A DNA stretch of 64,000 nucleotides, taken from Gnetum montanum. Lineage: Eukaryota > Plantae > Gnetophyta. The position numbers were made by a program, and so were the translations under genes. Under the pieces are notes generated by a model that saw only the letters and a list, made by a program, of their open reading frames with translations, did not search any database and was not told where the DNA came from. The DNA lies in contig MNCI01002615.1 of the NCBI GenBank assembly GCA_015680685.1, positions 208,685 to 272,684 of the forward strand, read 5' to 3'. Shown here in pieces: positions 14,701 through 27,700 of the stretch (positions are counted from its first letter, which is position 1; every line of letters starts with the position of its first letter).

Positions 14701-15362
14701 TACGAGACTCCATTTTGGCTAGATAATGGACGTCAACAATTGCATTCAACAGAACCTTCAAAAGACTTGACAATTTCTGATTGAAATACCACAGAGATTC
14801 ACTTTAAAGATAAAATAATGCTATTCTGGTCCCATCAAAATACCAAAGACTTTTTGAACCCTCTTGACTATTGAATCGTTCAACGGCATGACTACAAGCA
14901 GAGGCTCTCTTACAACAATCCCAATAGCGGTTCTTCTACGTTGCACAATAACCAAATTGACTACTAAAATGCTCTTAAGGATTTTCATACACAAGCGCTT
15001 CTATGGCAAAATTTTAATAAAAATTTTCTATCGGGCAACAAGAACAATAAGAGCAATCTAAAAATCCCAAAATTACTTGCCAAGGATGATACTATCTAAA
15101 CCACTAGCTAAACAATTTAAACAAAATAAAAAATACAAAAAACATAACTCACAAGACCATGACAAAGAGGCTGAAATATTTTCTTTAGCAAGTCATCTTA
15201 CAAGCAATCTTTCACAATTTCTTCTTTACAATGCTCTTCTCCCAAGACTCAAAGTGTGTCTCCAAGTGAAAGCCCAAGTGCTAGCTGGTAACCTTCCAAA
15301 GTGTGATGTATCAAGTGTCTTCTCAAAAGTATGATGTCTCTATTCTTCTTACCCCTGAAGCC

Positions 15363-15370
15363 TTTTTATA
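15363..15370 (-). promoter_or_regulatory. TATA box of the solo LTR promoter
   Basis: Minus strand CCTTATAAAAAGGCTTCAGGGGTAAGAAG. It sits at the same position as CTATAAATAGAGCTTCAAGGGGTAGAAG in the host LTR (~13260-13284). Confidence 0.6.
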
Positions 15371-16195
15371 AGGTTCAAAGGTAGTTACATATTCAAAAAT
15401 ATCTTACCTAACTTCTCTCCCAAGTAACTTGGCCAACAAGTTAGGAAGTATTAACTTAGGAAGTTAGGAAGTTAGGAGAAATATTGCAAATATTGCCTTT
15501 GTGAAAAATAACTCCAATAGCTCCGTATAATTGTTATTTTCATTTTAATTTATTTATAATTTTTAAGTTTTGAATACTATTGAAGCCCTAGTAATTTTTT
15601 GAACAAGGTAATGGTAAAAAGATAATATAATATCCACCTTGGTGTAGATGTTGGTGGTAGCGGTAGCTAATCCGTATAAATTTATATAAATAATTTATCT
15701 GCACTTGCACCCATGTAAAATTTTTTGCCGAATGTGAAGACGCCAGGCCTGGAACTGCTAGCAAATAATTCCAAATTATCCCGCCCTGCCAAAATCATTA
15801 TCAACTGTCACCACGAGAGAAGGCTCTGCCGCTGCATCCGGCATCATTCTCGTGTGGTGTTCATTTGCTGAAGAGCGGAGGAGAAGCATCTTAAAAATGA
15901 TGTACTGAACACATGATCCTGAACATAGGGTTTCAGTTGCCTAGAATTTGTTTTGTTTTTCCCCAAATTCGCTAAGGGCTTCCTGCATTTTTTTTTCCTC
16001 CACGAATGTATCAACATAGTTTTTAGAAATCACATTACAGAATCATCAATCACTTCTACTAGAAATCCACGATCAATTCAGATGTTCCCAAAACATTATA
16101 CAAGAAGCCAAGTTCCAAATTTTTAGAGCTAAAAACGCTTGATTCTAGGATTGGCCAGGTCTCTGACTATGAGAAACTTTCTTCATCTTATGGGA

Positions 16196-16543
16196 TTACT
16201 CACCGCCGAGCTGCTGCTCCTGAGCGAGCGCCCACTGAAACCATTCATCGACAGCATCCATGAAAGCAGGATTGAGCGGAATCATCATGATGCAGAACTC
16301 GCGCTGTGACAGAGCACCATCGCCATCAAAATCACCCTCCCTGAGCATGACCTGCAAATCAACGTCGAAGAGCGAATCCAGACCCAGAATTATAGCATTT
16401 CTACGTAGACTCTCCAACATTATCAGTCTCGTCAGTCTCATCACAGGCTCTACCAGAAGCTTGAAGCACTTGCACATCTCCGCCATGAACTCGCCGGCCC
16501 CTAATTTATCCACCATCATAGGAAAATAATCCTCGAACTCCAT
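16196..16543 (-). CDS. KIC/PBP1/KRP1-family single EF-hand calcium-binding protein (115 aa, intronless), inside a solo LTR; possibly a decaying captured copy
   Basis: MEFEDYFPMMVDKLG..EFMAEMCKCFKLLVEP..LESLRRNAIILGL..MLREGDFDGDGALSQREFCIMM.PLNP matches the plant KIC/PBP1 family pattern (FED.LP.M..KL, ESLRRN..LG, EGD.DGDGAL.Q.EFC.LM.RLSP). ATG at 16543, stop at 16196. EF loop DFDGDGALSQRE is intact. Confidence 0.85.
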   Translation of the reverse strand: MEFEDYFPMMVDKLGAGEFMAEMCKCFKLLVEPVMRLTRLIMLESLRRNAIILGLDSLFDVDLQVMLREGDFDGDGALSQREFCIMMIPLNPAFMDAVDEWFQWALAQEQQLGGE

Positions 16544-17883
16544 GGCTTGCTCAGACCCTCCAAAAATCCTCCGCAACTTCACAAGAATTTCCTCTTCTCG
16601 TAGAGCTTGAGCAGGAGGAGGACGAGAATGAGAAATGCTAAGAGCTTTCTGTGTTAAATAACCGAGGAGAGGAGTGCAGTTGCCAAAGAAGCAGCGAAGA
16701 AATGCGAGACTTGTGCAGAGAAAGTGGGGAGAAAGAGCAGGGCGTATGAATGCAGTTGAGAGAGGAAACTGCACAGAAATTTGACTACTGTAGCGTAGGA
16801 CTTTTTTTTTACTGTTCTTCTTCTTCTTGTTGTTCCTCCATTATCTTCTTTATCATTTTGAAAACATCCACTGATAATTTCCCCATTTTTTTATTCATAT
16901 AATCTATTGATTTTAATTTTTGAATTTTCATTTCCAGTTCTCTTCTCTTATTCTTTACCAGTATCCAAATGATCAATTCCTGAATGTATTTCTAACAATG
17001 AAGAATTCCTTGCTTGTAAATTGATTCACCATTGGCACATTATCTCTTGCAATCTTCTATTTACTGTCTTTCATATATGAATTATTTCCACCAATAATAT
17101 TATGGTCTCCCCTAGATCCCATACCAATAGTATAAAATAACACATTTACATTCTCCCACTCTTATAAAATAACACATTTACACATTGAATCTTACTATTC
17201 CATGAAATGGCCAAATGTGCCAACAATTATTATATATTTATTTGTTATTCTAAGATGACTTCTTATCTTGGATTTCCCTTCTTTTTTCTTTCTATTTCTA
17301 CCTTTACTTGTGTGGTTCATAGTCATTTGATCAGTATTATTTTTGTATGGATTATTTCTATCTTTCTTAGCTATTATTACCTTGTAAGCAACCCTGCTAA
17401 CCATGAACAATCCTAAGTATGAGAACCTTTAACATTTTCCCTACTACTTGAACGTTGTAACATCTTCAATATGTTATATTATTATCAAATACTTGATATG
17501 CTTGTGTAAATCCATCCTGTATAGAGAATAAAATACTATGTGCATTCCACAAATTTAATAATGCAGATGTAAATTCCATTATGGAGTCCCATAACATTTA
17601 CACAAGTTAATTCCAAATATTACATCCTTTGGCTTGTTATTAAACTTCCATAAATTCCATAATTAATACCCTTGATTTTCTATCTTGAAAGTATGAACAC
17701 TTAAGCCAGAATGGTGACACCTTAAAACACTTTCTATTCATTTTCCTTTCTACAACATTCATGATTCATTCATGGTATGCTAGTATATTATCTTCCAATC
17801 ATATGTAAAATTTAATTTTCCCAATGCTATCTAAATCATCATCTTGAAAGTTTTCTCCATCAAATGGCATATATATGACAACA

Positions 17884-17903
17884 TTTCACACCCTCTTCTT
17901 TGC
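17884..17903 (-). other. Polypurine tract of the Tat element
   Basis: Minus strand GCAAAGAAGAGGGTGTGAAA immediately precedes the TGTTGTC start of the 3' LTR. Confidence 0.75.
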
Positions 17904-19193
17904 ACATTAACAGGGAAACATAATTTTATTGGAAATGTTCTTTTTACATAGAAAAAAAATTCTTCCTTGAGGAAAACTTCCATCAAACTTAAGATTTAAT
18001 GGAATAAAACCTCACACTAACAAAGCTTAGGAACTATACAAATGAATTTTTATAGAAACTATTCTATGGGTCGAAAGAGAATAGTTAAAGTAACACTTTT
18101 AGGAATTCTCATATTGAGAGTCCTTTCATATGTTATCTCAATTATGATAAGTGCTCTTCTTTTCTTTTCTTACCTAGTTGAAGCCTCAACTTGGCCTTCA
18201 CCTTTATCTTCCAAAATTGTTTTTGTCTACTTTACATCCATTTCTTTAGCTTATGATTTTTTAGGTTCTTCCCAATTAGATGCTTCTGTGTCTTAAGACA
18301 TAAAAGCCTCTCCCCAAGAATCATCTCTACTAGACTCTCTTTGATATTTAGCTTGAGTGTTACATTCATGGAAGCTACCCCAAACATTGAAATGTATAGA
18401 AATTCCACTAGTAAAAAATCTAAACTCATATGAAAGCCAAAGTAGGAAAGGGCTTTCACTTGATTCTCCATGGGCAATTGCCTTACAATAGGCTCTCAAC
18501 ACATGTTTTGGTTAACATCCCATGATATATGGGATAAATGGCCTTCTTACTACTCTTTCTCCGAGAATCATCTTTCTACTTCACACTCAAACACCTCACT
18601 TGCTTTCTCCACTTAATTCTTGAATTGAGAAATGATGCAATCCTAGCAATCCAAATCTCTTTTTATAGTGTAAAGAAACTTTGAAACTCCCACCAATTTC
18701 ACTAACCAACTTTGCCACTTTGCCAAAATTAATTATGTTTCTATCATTATACAATAGGCCAATTCAAATTCCACTATTTGGTTGTTAAAATTAATTCACC
18801 ACCAAGTTGTTATCTAACTATCACTTTCATTTACACTCATCATAAGAAATGATTACTTAGGATAATATAAATTAAATATTTTTAAACTAATAGTTTAACA
18901 TATACATGTTTTTTTAAATATTATATAGACTCACCTAAGCATACGTATAGGATATTTATGTTATAGTTAAATATGACATTAGTCTATACTATTTGTTAAA
19001 TATGCTACTACAAAGTATATATATATTAAATAAAAATTTATTATTTACTATTATGTATATTAAATATTATATAATTACACACACACACACATATTACTAT
19101 ATTAGATACATGCATTAATTGATATACATAGATTTAAGTTATGGGCAATTGCCCAAAATAATGTTTTATATGTAAAACATTATATGGAAACTA

Positions 19194-22100
19194 TCACTCT
19201 ATCCCATCAGGCATCGATAACTTGTATGTATCTCCAAGTAATTGTTTCTTGATCTGAAATGGACCAATCCATACTATTGAAAACATATTTAGCTTCTTCA
19301 TATTCCATAATAATACTATATCACCGACTTTAAAAGCTCTCTTCAAAGCTTTTTTTATCGAACCACCTTTTAACTTGAGAAGCATTCTTTAATAAATTAT
19401 CTTTAGCTCTATCCATTTCAGCTTCTCTTTTGATGAGAAAAGTCATGAAACTTTTTTCTTTATTAGTTTTCTTGCTATACTTTTGCACAAAATATGATGC
19501 TAAACTTATAATCTTGTTTGCGATTCTAGCAAGAAACCCATAGACTAAATCATAAATTGAAGTTCCAATAGCCTTTTTAAATCTAATACAATCAATCCAT
19601 AATGCAGATTGCAAATAATCAATCCAATTTCCTATATTTCCATCCATTAACTTCTTAATGTAGCAAATAAGCATTTTATTTGTAGATTCAGTTAAGCCAT
19701 TTTCTTAAGGATAATAATTTCAAGAAGAAAATAGGAAGATGAATTTTTCTGATGCCCATGTTATAAATTCTTCAGATTGAATGGCAAGTCCATTATTGGA
19801 TACCAACACTTTAGGTAGACCAAATAACTTAAAATCTAATCTTTCAAGAACTTAACCACATCTAATGTTAAACATTTCTTAAAGCCTTTGCTTTAGACCA
19901 TTTAGTAAAATAATCAATAGCTATGAGAATAAACTTTTCTCCTACTCTTGATGGAGTAATTATACCAAAGAAATCTAAGTCCCATTGTTGAAATGGTCTA
20001 TCCACTATTATCAGTTTTACAGGAGCTCTAGTCATTTTGACCTTTAGTTCATGAATTTGACATTTGTAACATCTTCGAACTTTCAAACTAATATCTTAGT
20101 ACATAGTAGGCCAATAGAAACCATAACAAAGTATATGTTGTAGAGTGGACTTAGAAGATTCATAAAATAAATTGGAATGATCATGAAATTTATCTAAGAT
20201 CATATCAATTTGATCATTTTGAATACATTCCAATAAAATTCCTTTGAAATCCTTTCTATGTAAAACCCCATATTTAACCACAAATTTATTTTCTCTTTCG
20301 AAGAAAGCTCTCTTTTGACTTGTAGTTAAATTATTAGGAACTTTTTGTGTATCAGGGAATTCTAGAATCTCATCATACCAATTTCCTTCATGAGTCTTAA
20401 GCACACATACCTCATTTTCTCTATCCATTAACTTGGCTAATCCCATTTCTTTAATGGTTTTACATATTTCTAAAAAAAATCTAAAATTTTGCAGCATTAT
20501 GAGCCACTTTCCTCTTTTCAATCCAATTTCATTTTGGGCTAAGTATTATTTAACTGAAACCTCTATTAGCATAATGTGAACTAATGAGCTTTCCAAATAA
20601 TACTTGAAATACTAAAGTGCCTTAATAACTATGAATGGTTGTTTCTCTAAATTTGAATAATTAAGCTCTAAACCTTTCAATTGATATCCAAACAATTCAA
20701 TCAATTCATCTTGACCTTCATCTCTTTGAGTTAAAATAGTAACAACTGAATCATTTGAAGTAAAATCATATAACCAAAAGTCTTCTTTCAATTTTTTCTT
20801 TATCAAATATGGAGCTTCTTGAATAGCTTTCTTAATTTCTGCTAAGGCGCTCTCTGATTCTAGTGTAATCTCTACTAGGACATCTTTCTTTAGCATATGC
20901 ATCAAAGGTCTAGTAATTTTAGTGAATCCAAGAATAAATTTCTTAACGAAACTTATCTTCCCAAAGAAAGATCTAAGAGACTTTTACTTGTGGGATGTTT
21001 GATATTAAATTTGAGATTTATCTATAGCAATTCATTTTTGACAAATTAAGTGGCCTAATAAACTTCTAGATTTAACCCCAAAGATACATTTCTTAGGATT
21101 TAATGAAATACCATACTCACGACATTTGTCAAAAACTTGTTGAAGATAACCAATAACATATTCCCTCCTTTTTTAAAAGCCAATGAAATCATCCAAATAA
21201 ACTACAATGAACTTTTCTATTAAACCTTTAAAGGATAAATTCATTACTCGTTGAAAAGTAGCTCAAGCATTTGACAATCCAAATGGTATTTTTTTGATAA
21301 GAAAAACTTTCCCATTTGGTGAAAAATGGTGTTTTATGTTTATCACCCTTATCTACCATGATTTGATTATAGCTTGCAAAGCCATCTAGGAAATAATATA
21401 ATTGGCAACTAGATACTTTGATCAACATCTCATCAATTCTAGGAAGTGGTTATTTATCCTTTTCTGAGGCTTCATTTAAATTTTTAAAATCCATACAAAG
21501 TCTAATATCACCATTCTTCTTTCTTGCTAGTACAAGGTTAATAAGCCATGTAGAATATCGGATTAGATATATGTTTTAGGCTTGTAATAACTTTTTGATC
21601 TCAGCTTCCATAGCTAGCTCAAATGATGGATGAAATTTTTTTTATTTTTGTTTAACTATCTTACAACCATTTATGAAAGGAATCTTATGTGTCATCACAT
21701 CTTGTCAAAAAGTATTAAGATTATCATAAGACCAAGTAAAATTTTCCAAATTATTTTTCAAGAGTAATAGTATATTTTTCTTGAAACTAAATAGTTTTCC
21801 TTTGTGACATTTAATGTCTTTGGCATCTCGAAATTCACTATTTCATAAACTTGATCATCTAGATTCTGTACATCTTTTTTGGTGAGCAACGTTTTGCCAA
21901 ACTCATGTTCATAATCAATAACTTTTGGGGGAATGAAATTTCTCTTAAACCTTGATGCTATTTTAGGTATAATTTGACCTTTAAATTATTGCTTCTTTTT
22001 CATAAACCTGAGTATTTGATCATCATCTTCGAATTCTTGTAAATGTTTTATGTTATCTTGTACTAATGGCTAATGTTCTTTCTCAATCATTACACCTTAA

Positions 22101-24648
22101 TAACCTTCTATCCTTTTCACATCTAATGTTGAAGCTACCTTTGCTAAGTCATCTACTATATAATTATCTTCTCTACCTATATGTTCTATTTTGTAGTGAT
22201 GAAATTGCTCAAGCATTCTATAGACAAACTATTTATAGGATCGTAAGAATGAACTCTTTAGTACACAATTACATTTAATTTATTCACAAACTAATCTTGA
22301 GTCTCTCTTTATGGTGATTACCTTGATTCTTTTTTCCAATGTTGTTTTAATTCCAATACTTAGAGCTTCATATTTGGCCTTGTTGTTAGTACAAGGAAAC
22401 GATAGATGAATTGCCTTGAATATTTTTGGAAAATCATCTTTTACTAGAACTACTCTAGCTCTTTCACCTTTGGAGTTACATGAACCATCAAAGTACAATT
22501 CCCAATTGCTCTCATCTTGAGATTCTTCTTTCTCCAAGTTATAAATTTTTTGAAGTGTGCAAATTTTGGTTTCAAAAGCTCCTGTTTCAACAACCTTGTT
22601 CTTTCCATTTGAAGTAATGTTCTCAACCATCAATAGTTCACTATATATGTAAATTTGATTTGGTTCCTATTTCCAAGGTAGCCACATATGTGAATAATTT
22701 GTTGATATATAACTTAAGAAATTCTGACTCTAAATTTCACTCAACAAAAGACTATGTGAATCTAATATATCTGCCACTTGAATAGTTACTCTACTTTCGA
22801 TACAGGGTTCAAAAGTGATTTCTAATAGAACATTGGAAAGTTGACTCACAATCTTTACTCTACTTTTGTCCACTTGAACAATCTTTTTATTTGATTTTTC
22901 CATAATCATACCAAGATTTTTGCACATAGATAATGGCATCATAGTAGATGTAGCTCCAAAATTGACTAAACAATTGTGAGGATACTTGTCTTTAAACTTC
23001 ATTGTCAATAGAAAAGGAGGAGCTTCCTTATCAAAAGTACACTCATAACTAGTTTTTGTTATCTTATCCATGTTGGATATATAGCTTAACTCTAAATCTC
23101 CTACTTTCCTTTTACCTTTAATGAACTCTAAAGCCTTTCTTTATGGATCTCCTATCTATAGTAATTGATATATGCTAATATTTTCCTTAACATGTTTAAC
23201 ATCTTCAATCAAATCATATTCTTCATCTCCATAAAAACCTAGTTTCTTCATCCATTTATTTAAAGACTAATTTTGAATAGTTTTCTCTACTTGATCTTCT
23301 TTACTTTTATTTTTCTCTCTTCTACTTGATTCAAAACCAATTCTCTTAGTAAATAGATCAGAAATAACATTTGGAGGCCTAGACGTAGTTCATCTTTCTT
23401 TTGATCTTAGATTATATCCATTTTCTTCATTATTGTCACACTTCTCATCTGATGATATATCTTCTTCAAAACTTGATATAGTAGAGGTATCACTAGATCC
23501 ATTGTTAGAGGATTTTCTTTCATAATGAACACTAGATAACTCATCATCAAATCCAATATCAAGGAAGTTAAACATAGCAAGATCACTTTCATCCTCATAT
23601 TCTACTAACTTAGTATCTTTATGCTTATATTTTTTATTTTTCTTTTCTTCCTTGATTTTAACTTTTGCCAAAGCTTTTTCTAGTTTCACTAATTTGTTGG
23701 ACAAGTCTCTCATTAACTATCCTTTTTCATATTCTTTACTTTCCGACTCTTGCTCCATCTTAAGATAAGATGGTCTCGGTAATGCTTTAAGTTGAGAAAA
23801 ATCTTGCATAGGAATTATCATTTTCTCTTCTCTTTTTTAAGTTGTGATAATTTCTTCATGATTCAAATTCAATTATTTTTCTAACTTTATAGCTTCACTA
23901 AAGTAGTCATTTAGTGTTATCAAGTTTGGAGTTCTCCTTAATCAAATTGAAATATTGGGATTCACAGCCTTAAGATAAATATCTCTAAGAAATTCATCTA
24001 ATGGTCTATATTATCTTTGAAAGAGCCCACAAATTCTTTAAAACTTAATGTTGAAATCTCTAATAGACTCTTTAATTCCTTGCTTAGCTTGTACTAACGC
24101 ACAATACAATTACTATTGATCTAATTAATTGCCAGATTAGGCTAAGAAAAGACTCTTCATATCATCTCAACTTGTGATACTATTGCTTGGCAAGTTTGAA
24201 TACCAAGTCTGGGCCATATCCTTTAATTTGTCACAAGTAATCTACAAGCTTGATGTTGATGTTGAACATTGGCATGAGGTAAAGCTAACTCAAACATGTG
24301 GATGTATTCTTCAGCAAAGTAAGCTTTTCCAAGAATAAAAGGCTTAGGAAAGTATTTATAAACTACCTTAGGAACATTGTTGTAATTTTGAAATCCTAAT
24401 GGTGTAACTCTTTGCCAAGGATTTTCCATCCTATTAGAAGTCATTTTGATCATTGAACTCTTATGTTTCTTTAACTTTCTCTTATGGACTAATAAACTAG
24501 ATAAAAGGGGTGACTTTCTTATCTTTCTAGTTTTTAATCCACTACTTGTTCCAAATTTAAAAACCTTATTATGTTCTTCTTCTGATGAATAATCAAGAGC
24601 TTCTTTGGAACCTTTGAAATATTCCAAACTATCAGTATGTTTGGTCAT
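19194..24648 (-). pseudogene. Tat gag-pol: gag, protease, additional RNase H, RT, RNase H/tether, integrase with GPF module
   Basis: ORF fragments: 24223-24648 gag; 22730-23071 PR (PPFLLT..NCLVNFGATSTMMP); 22280-22633 aRH (WELYFDGS..TNNKAKYEAL); 21228-21428 RT (FLDGFASYNQI); 20612-20905 RH; 19330-20521 INT (PFQQWDLDFFG, AIDYFTKW); 19194-19385 WIGPFQI. Confidence 0.92.
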
Positions 24649-24749
24649 TAACTCAAACTAGTATCTAATTTCTTAAACCCTTCTGGCAACAAAGAACCAT
24701 TGTTGTGCTAGGACCATTAGGCTTATGAACTTACAAGATGAATTTTTAG

Positions 24750-24766
24750 CCATCCTTCTAGCATCA
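24750..24766 (-). other. Putative primer-binding site (decayed)
   Basis: Minus strand TGATGCTAGAAGGATGG lies 7 nt after the end of the 5' LTR and looks like a decayed TGG-starting PBS. Cognate tRNA not assigned. Confidence 0.55.
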
Positions 24767-24773
24767 AAAGACC

Positions 24774-27700
24774 TATTGGCGACCATTTGGGATACAACTA
24801 CCAATGTTGGGAGCCTCATAGTCTTGTGACCCGGGGAAGTCATGGGATCGAAGGTGTTCTTCAAATAGGGTTTAGGTGCTTGTTGGTCTCTAGCAACACC
24901 AAGGCTCAAATACCTCCAAATAGACTCAATAGTTATGTAAGTACGTGTTTATTTTTATGAATATTGAAATGGTTGCCTAGCGTATAAAATTTTAATTGGC
25001 TATCATAAAAGAGATTTAGCTAACTTTGTCAAACACTACAAGTTGTTGAAGATTTCAATTTTTTTTAATCACTTAGTCTATATAGTCCTTATAATACCTA
25101 CTTGTAACAAATAAAATTTTGCAAAAATATTTGAGCACAATTCAACCAATCTACTCCTAATTTCCCTTAGAGAGAAAGTTCCACAAGAAAACTAGAAATA
25201 AAGCAAGATTTAATGGACTTAGAAATAGAAAGAAAAAAAAAGCAAAATTACATGAAATCTTAAATATATAACCAAGATCAACTAACACAAGGAAACACTT
25301 AGTAATAAAGTTATTCCTAATTCAATAACTACAAATTATTCAAAACTTTCTAAGGTCAACAAGTAATTTCATAAAGAAAATCTCATTATACTACCAAAAA
25401 CTACTACGGAAATGACAAAGTATGAGTCTCTATCTTGGCTAGTTAATAGATGTCAAAGATTGCATTCAACAAAGCTTTTAAGAAAACTTTGACAATTTCT
25501 TGATTGAAATACCAAGGCAATAAACTTTTAAAAAAAATAAAGAAGCTATTTTAGTCCCATCAAACTACCAAAGAATTTCCTAGATTTTCTAAGCTCAAAA
25601 CATGGCAATTTTTTCAAGACATTACTATTAAATCGCTCTTGAGACTTTCAACAACATGAGCTCTTCTATGGCAAATCTTAATAAGAGTTTAATATTGCAC
25701 AAAAACATAGCTATAAAAGCAACCTAGGACAAATCCAAAAATTAAATGCCAAGAATGATACTATCTAAACCATTAGCTAAGCAACTAAAATAAAATGGGA
25801 AGAAATTAACTCACAAGATTAAAATAAAGCAACCGAATTGATGTCTTTAGCAAGCCATCATACAAGTAATCTTCAAATGTATTTTTTCACTTCTATCCTT
25901 GAAGTTCTATTAATAATGCTTTAGGGTGTTTATAATCATCATGAGAAGTTAAGATTATTACAAATATTTAGGAATATTAATTTATAACCACCCTAGAAGT
26001 TATAGCTTTCATGGAAGTTATGATAAATTTGAGAAATATATGCCATGGTTGGCAAGTGTCCTCTTGGTAATTACAACTTCACAAATATTAAGGAAATTAA
26101 GTTATAACTTCCATAGGAAGGTATATTTTTTGAAACACTTTCAATATTGTAGAGAATAAAGGTATGTTTGCCACATGTCTATTACATTTATCCCTTACAA
26201 TTTCCAAAAAGTAATTTATATGTAGAATATCTCATGAAGTCAAATTATACCTTACCATGAGGTTGTGCTAAAATTTACCCTTTCTCATCATAAAGGCTTT
26301 TTTTCCTTAAAATAAAATTTAAATATTCCTCGTATAGTAACGGTAGATCAAGGATTAAAAATAAAAGAATCATTTCAAAATATAATTCATCAGAGAAGAT
26401 TCAGAAACACAGATTACTTCAATTTGTTTCCATCTGCATAGCATCACATATGCTGCTCTGCACCTTACCACACCTACCATTGGAACTACAAGCCATGACC
26501 TCTAGAATGGAATTCTCTACACACCATAGCGTGGTGAGCATCGTTTCCTTCAATCCTTTTTCTCAGCAAAGTTCCTCTTCCATTGGGGTTTCATGGCTAC
26601 ACTTTCATTTGTCATAACCACCTACACTGCCACCATTCAAGATTCAGGGTTGTGGCCATCACTATTTCTATCTTTTTTATGTGCCATTGGTCCATCTACC
26701 TATCTTAAACATAGAAATGAGGGTTTCATAGATTGTTGTGTTGCATCTTGAATATCATTCAAGGAGAAAGCAATGACTACAGTAGCTTGTGCTCTGAAGT
26801 CTCATATCTGGCCTTGACAACATTCATACCATCTATGGAGAAAATATGAACTAGCTACTCTACTCTGGTATTAATGCCTATGAGCACACTTGGTTAAACC
26901 AAGGGTTTTTATCATTGCCACTTTCAAGAGAAATTCCATTATTTCCTTGACAACAATGATCCTCAAAACCAAAGTTAGGGTTTGGTTGCCATGAAAAATA
27001 TTCCAGATAAATCTATAACAAAGATTCATTATAGCGATTTTTGTTGTTAATTATTATATATTTTCTTGTTGTTCTAAGATGACTGCTTATCTCAAATTTC
27101 CCTTAATTTTTCTTTTTGGTACTAGTTCTGCTTATGTGGTTCATAACCATTTCATCTGTATTATTCCATCTTATTCATAGTTCCAAGGATTGGCATAGAA
27201 TATTGGTTTTATATAGCTTTTTTTTTACTAAGTGGCAAGAACTACATATAATTTTCATTCGATACTAGGGCCTTGAATACTTTTTTTTTTATGAATTATT
27301 TTTTTCTTAAAGTACATTAGTTTGGCCTATCTTTTTCAACTATTATTACTATCTAAGCAACCTTGCTAACCATGAATAACCCTAAGTATGAGAGCCTTTA
27401 ACATTTTCCCTACTACTTGAAGGCTATAACATCTTCCATATGTTATAATATTATCAAACATTTGATATTATTGTGCAAAATCATCCTATACAGAGAATAA
27501 AATACTCTTTTCATTCCACAAATTTGATAATGCAAACATAAATTCCACTCAGGAGTCCCATAACTTTTACACAAGTGAACTTCAAATATTACAACCTTTG
27601 GCCTGTTATTAAACTTCCATAAATTCCATAATTAATACCCTTGATTTTCTATCTTGACAGTATGAACACTTAACCAAAATTGTGAAATCTTAAAACACTT

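Larger units (their letters stand above)
14289..17225 (-). mobile_element. Nested solo LTR of a related Tat family, carrying a captured EF-hand gene
   Basis: Termini TGTTGGC...GCCAACA form a perfect 7-bp inverted repeat. TSD ATTAT at 14284-14288 and 17226-17230. The first ~1.1 kb is homologous to the host LTR (e.g. ccttataatacctacttgtaac, gatgatactatctaaacca). Confidence 0.9.
12121..17883 (-). repeat. 3' LTR of the Tat element (interrupted by a nested solo LTR at 14289-17225)
   Basis: 12121-14288 aligns by eye with 24774-~27055, and 17226-17883 with ~27050-27851, with indels. Minus-strand TATA-like CTATAAATAG at ~13275-13284. Confidence 0.9.

Noticed and set aside
16544-16774. N-terminal 77-aa extension of the EF-hand ORF in the ORF track
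   Set aside because: It begins at GTG and is CT-rich, UTR-like sequence. Family homology starts at the ATG at 16543.
17131-17182. 20-bp direct repeat TATAAAATAACACATTTACA x2
   Set aside because: An ordinary short U3 duplication; no function can be supported.
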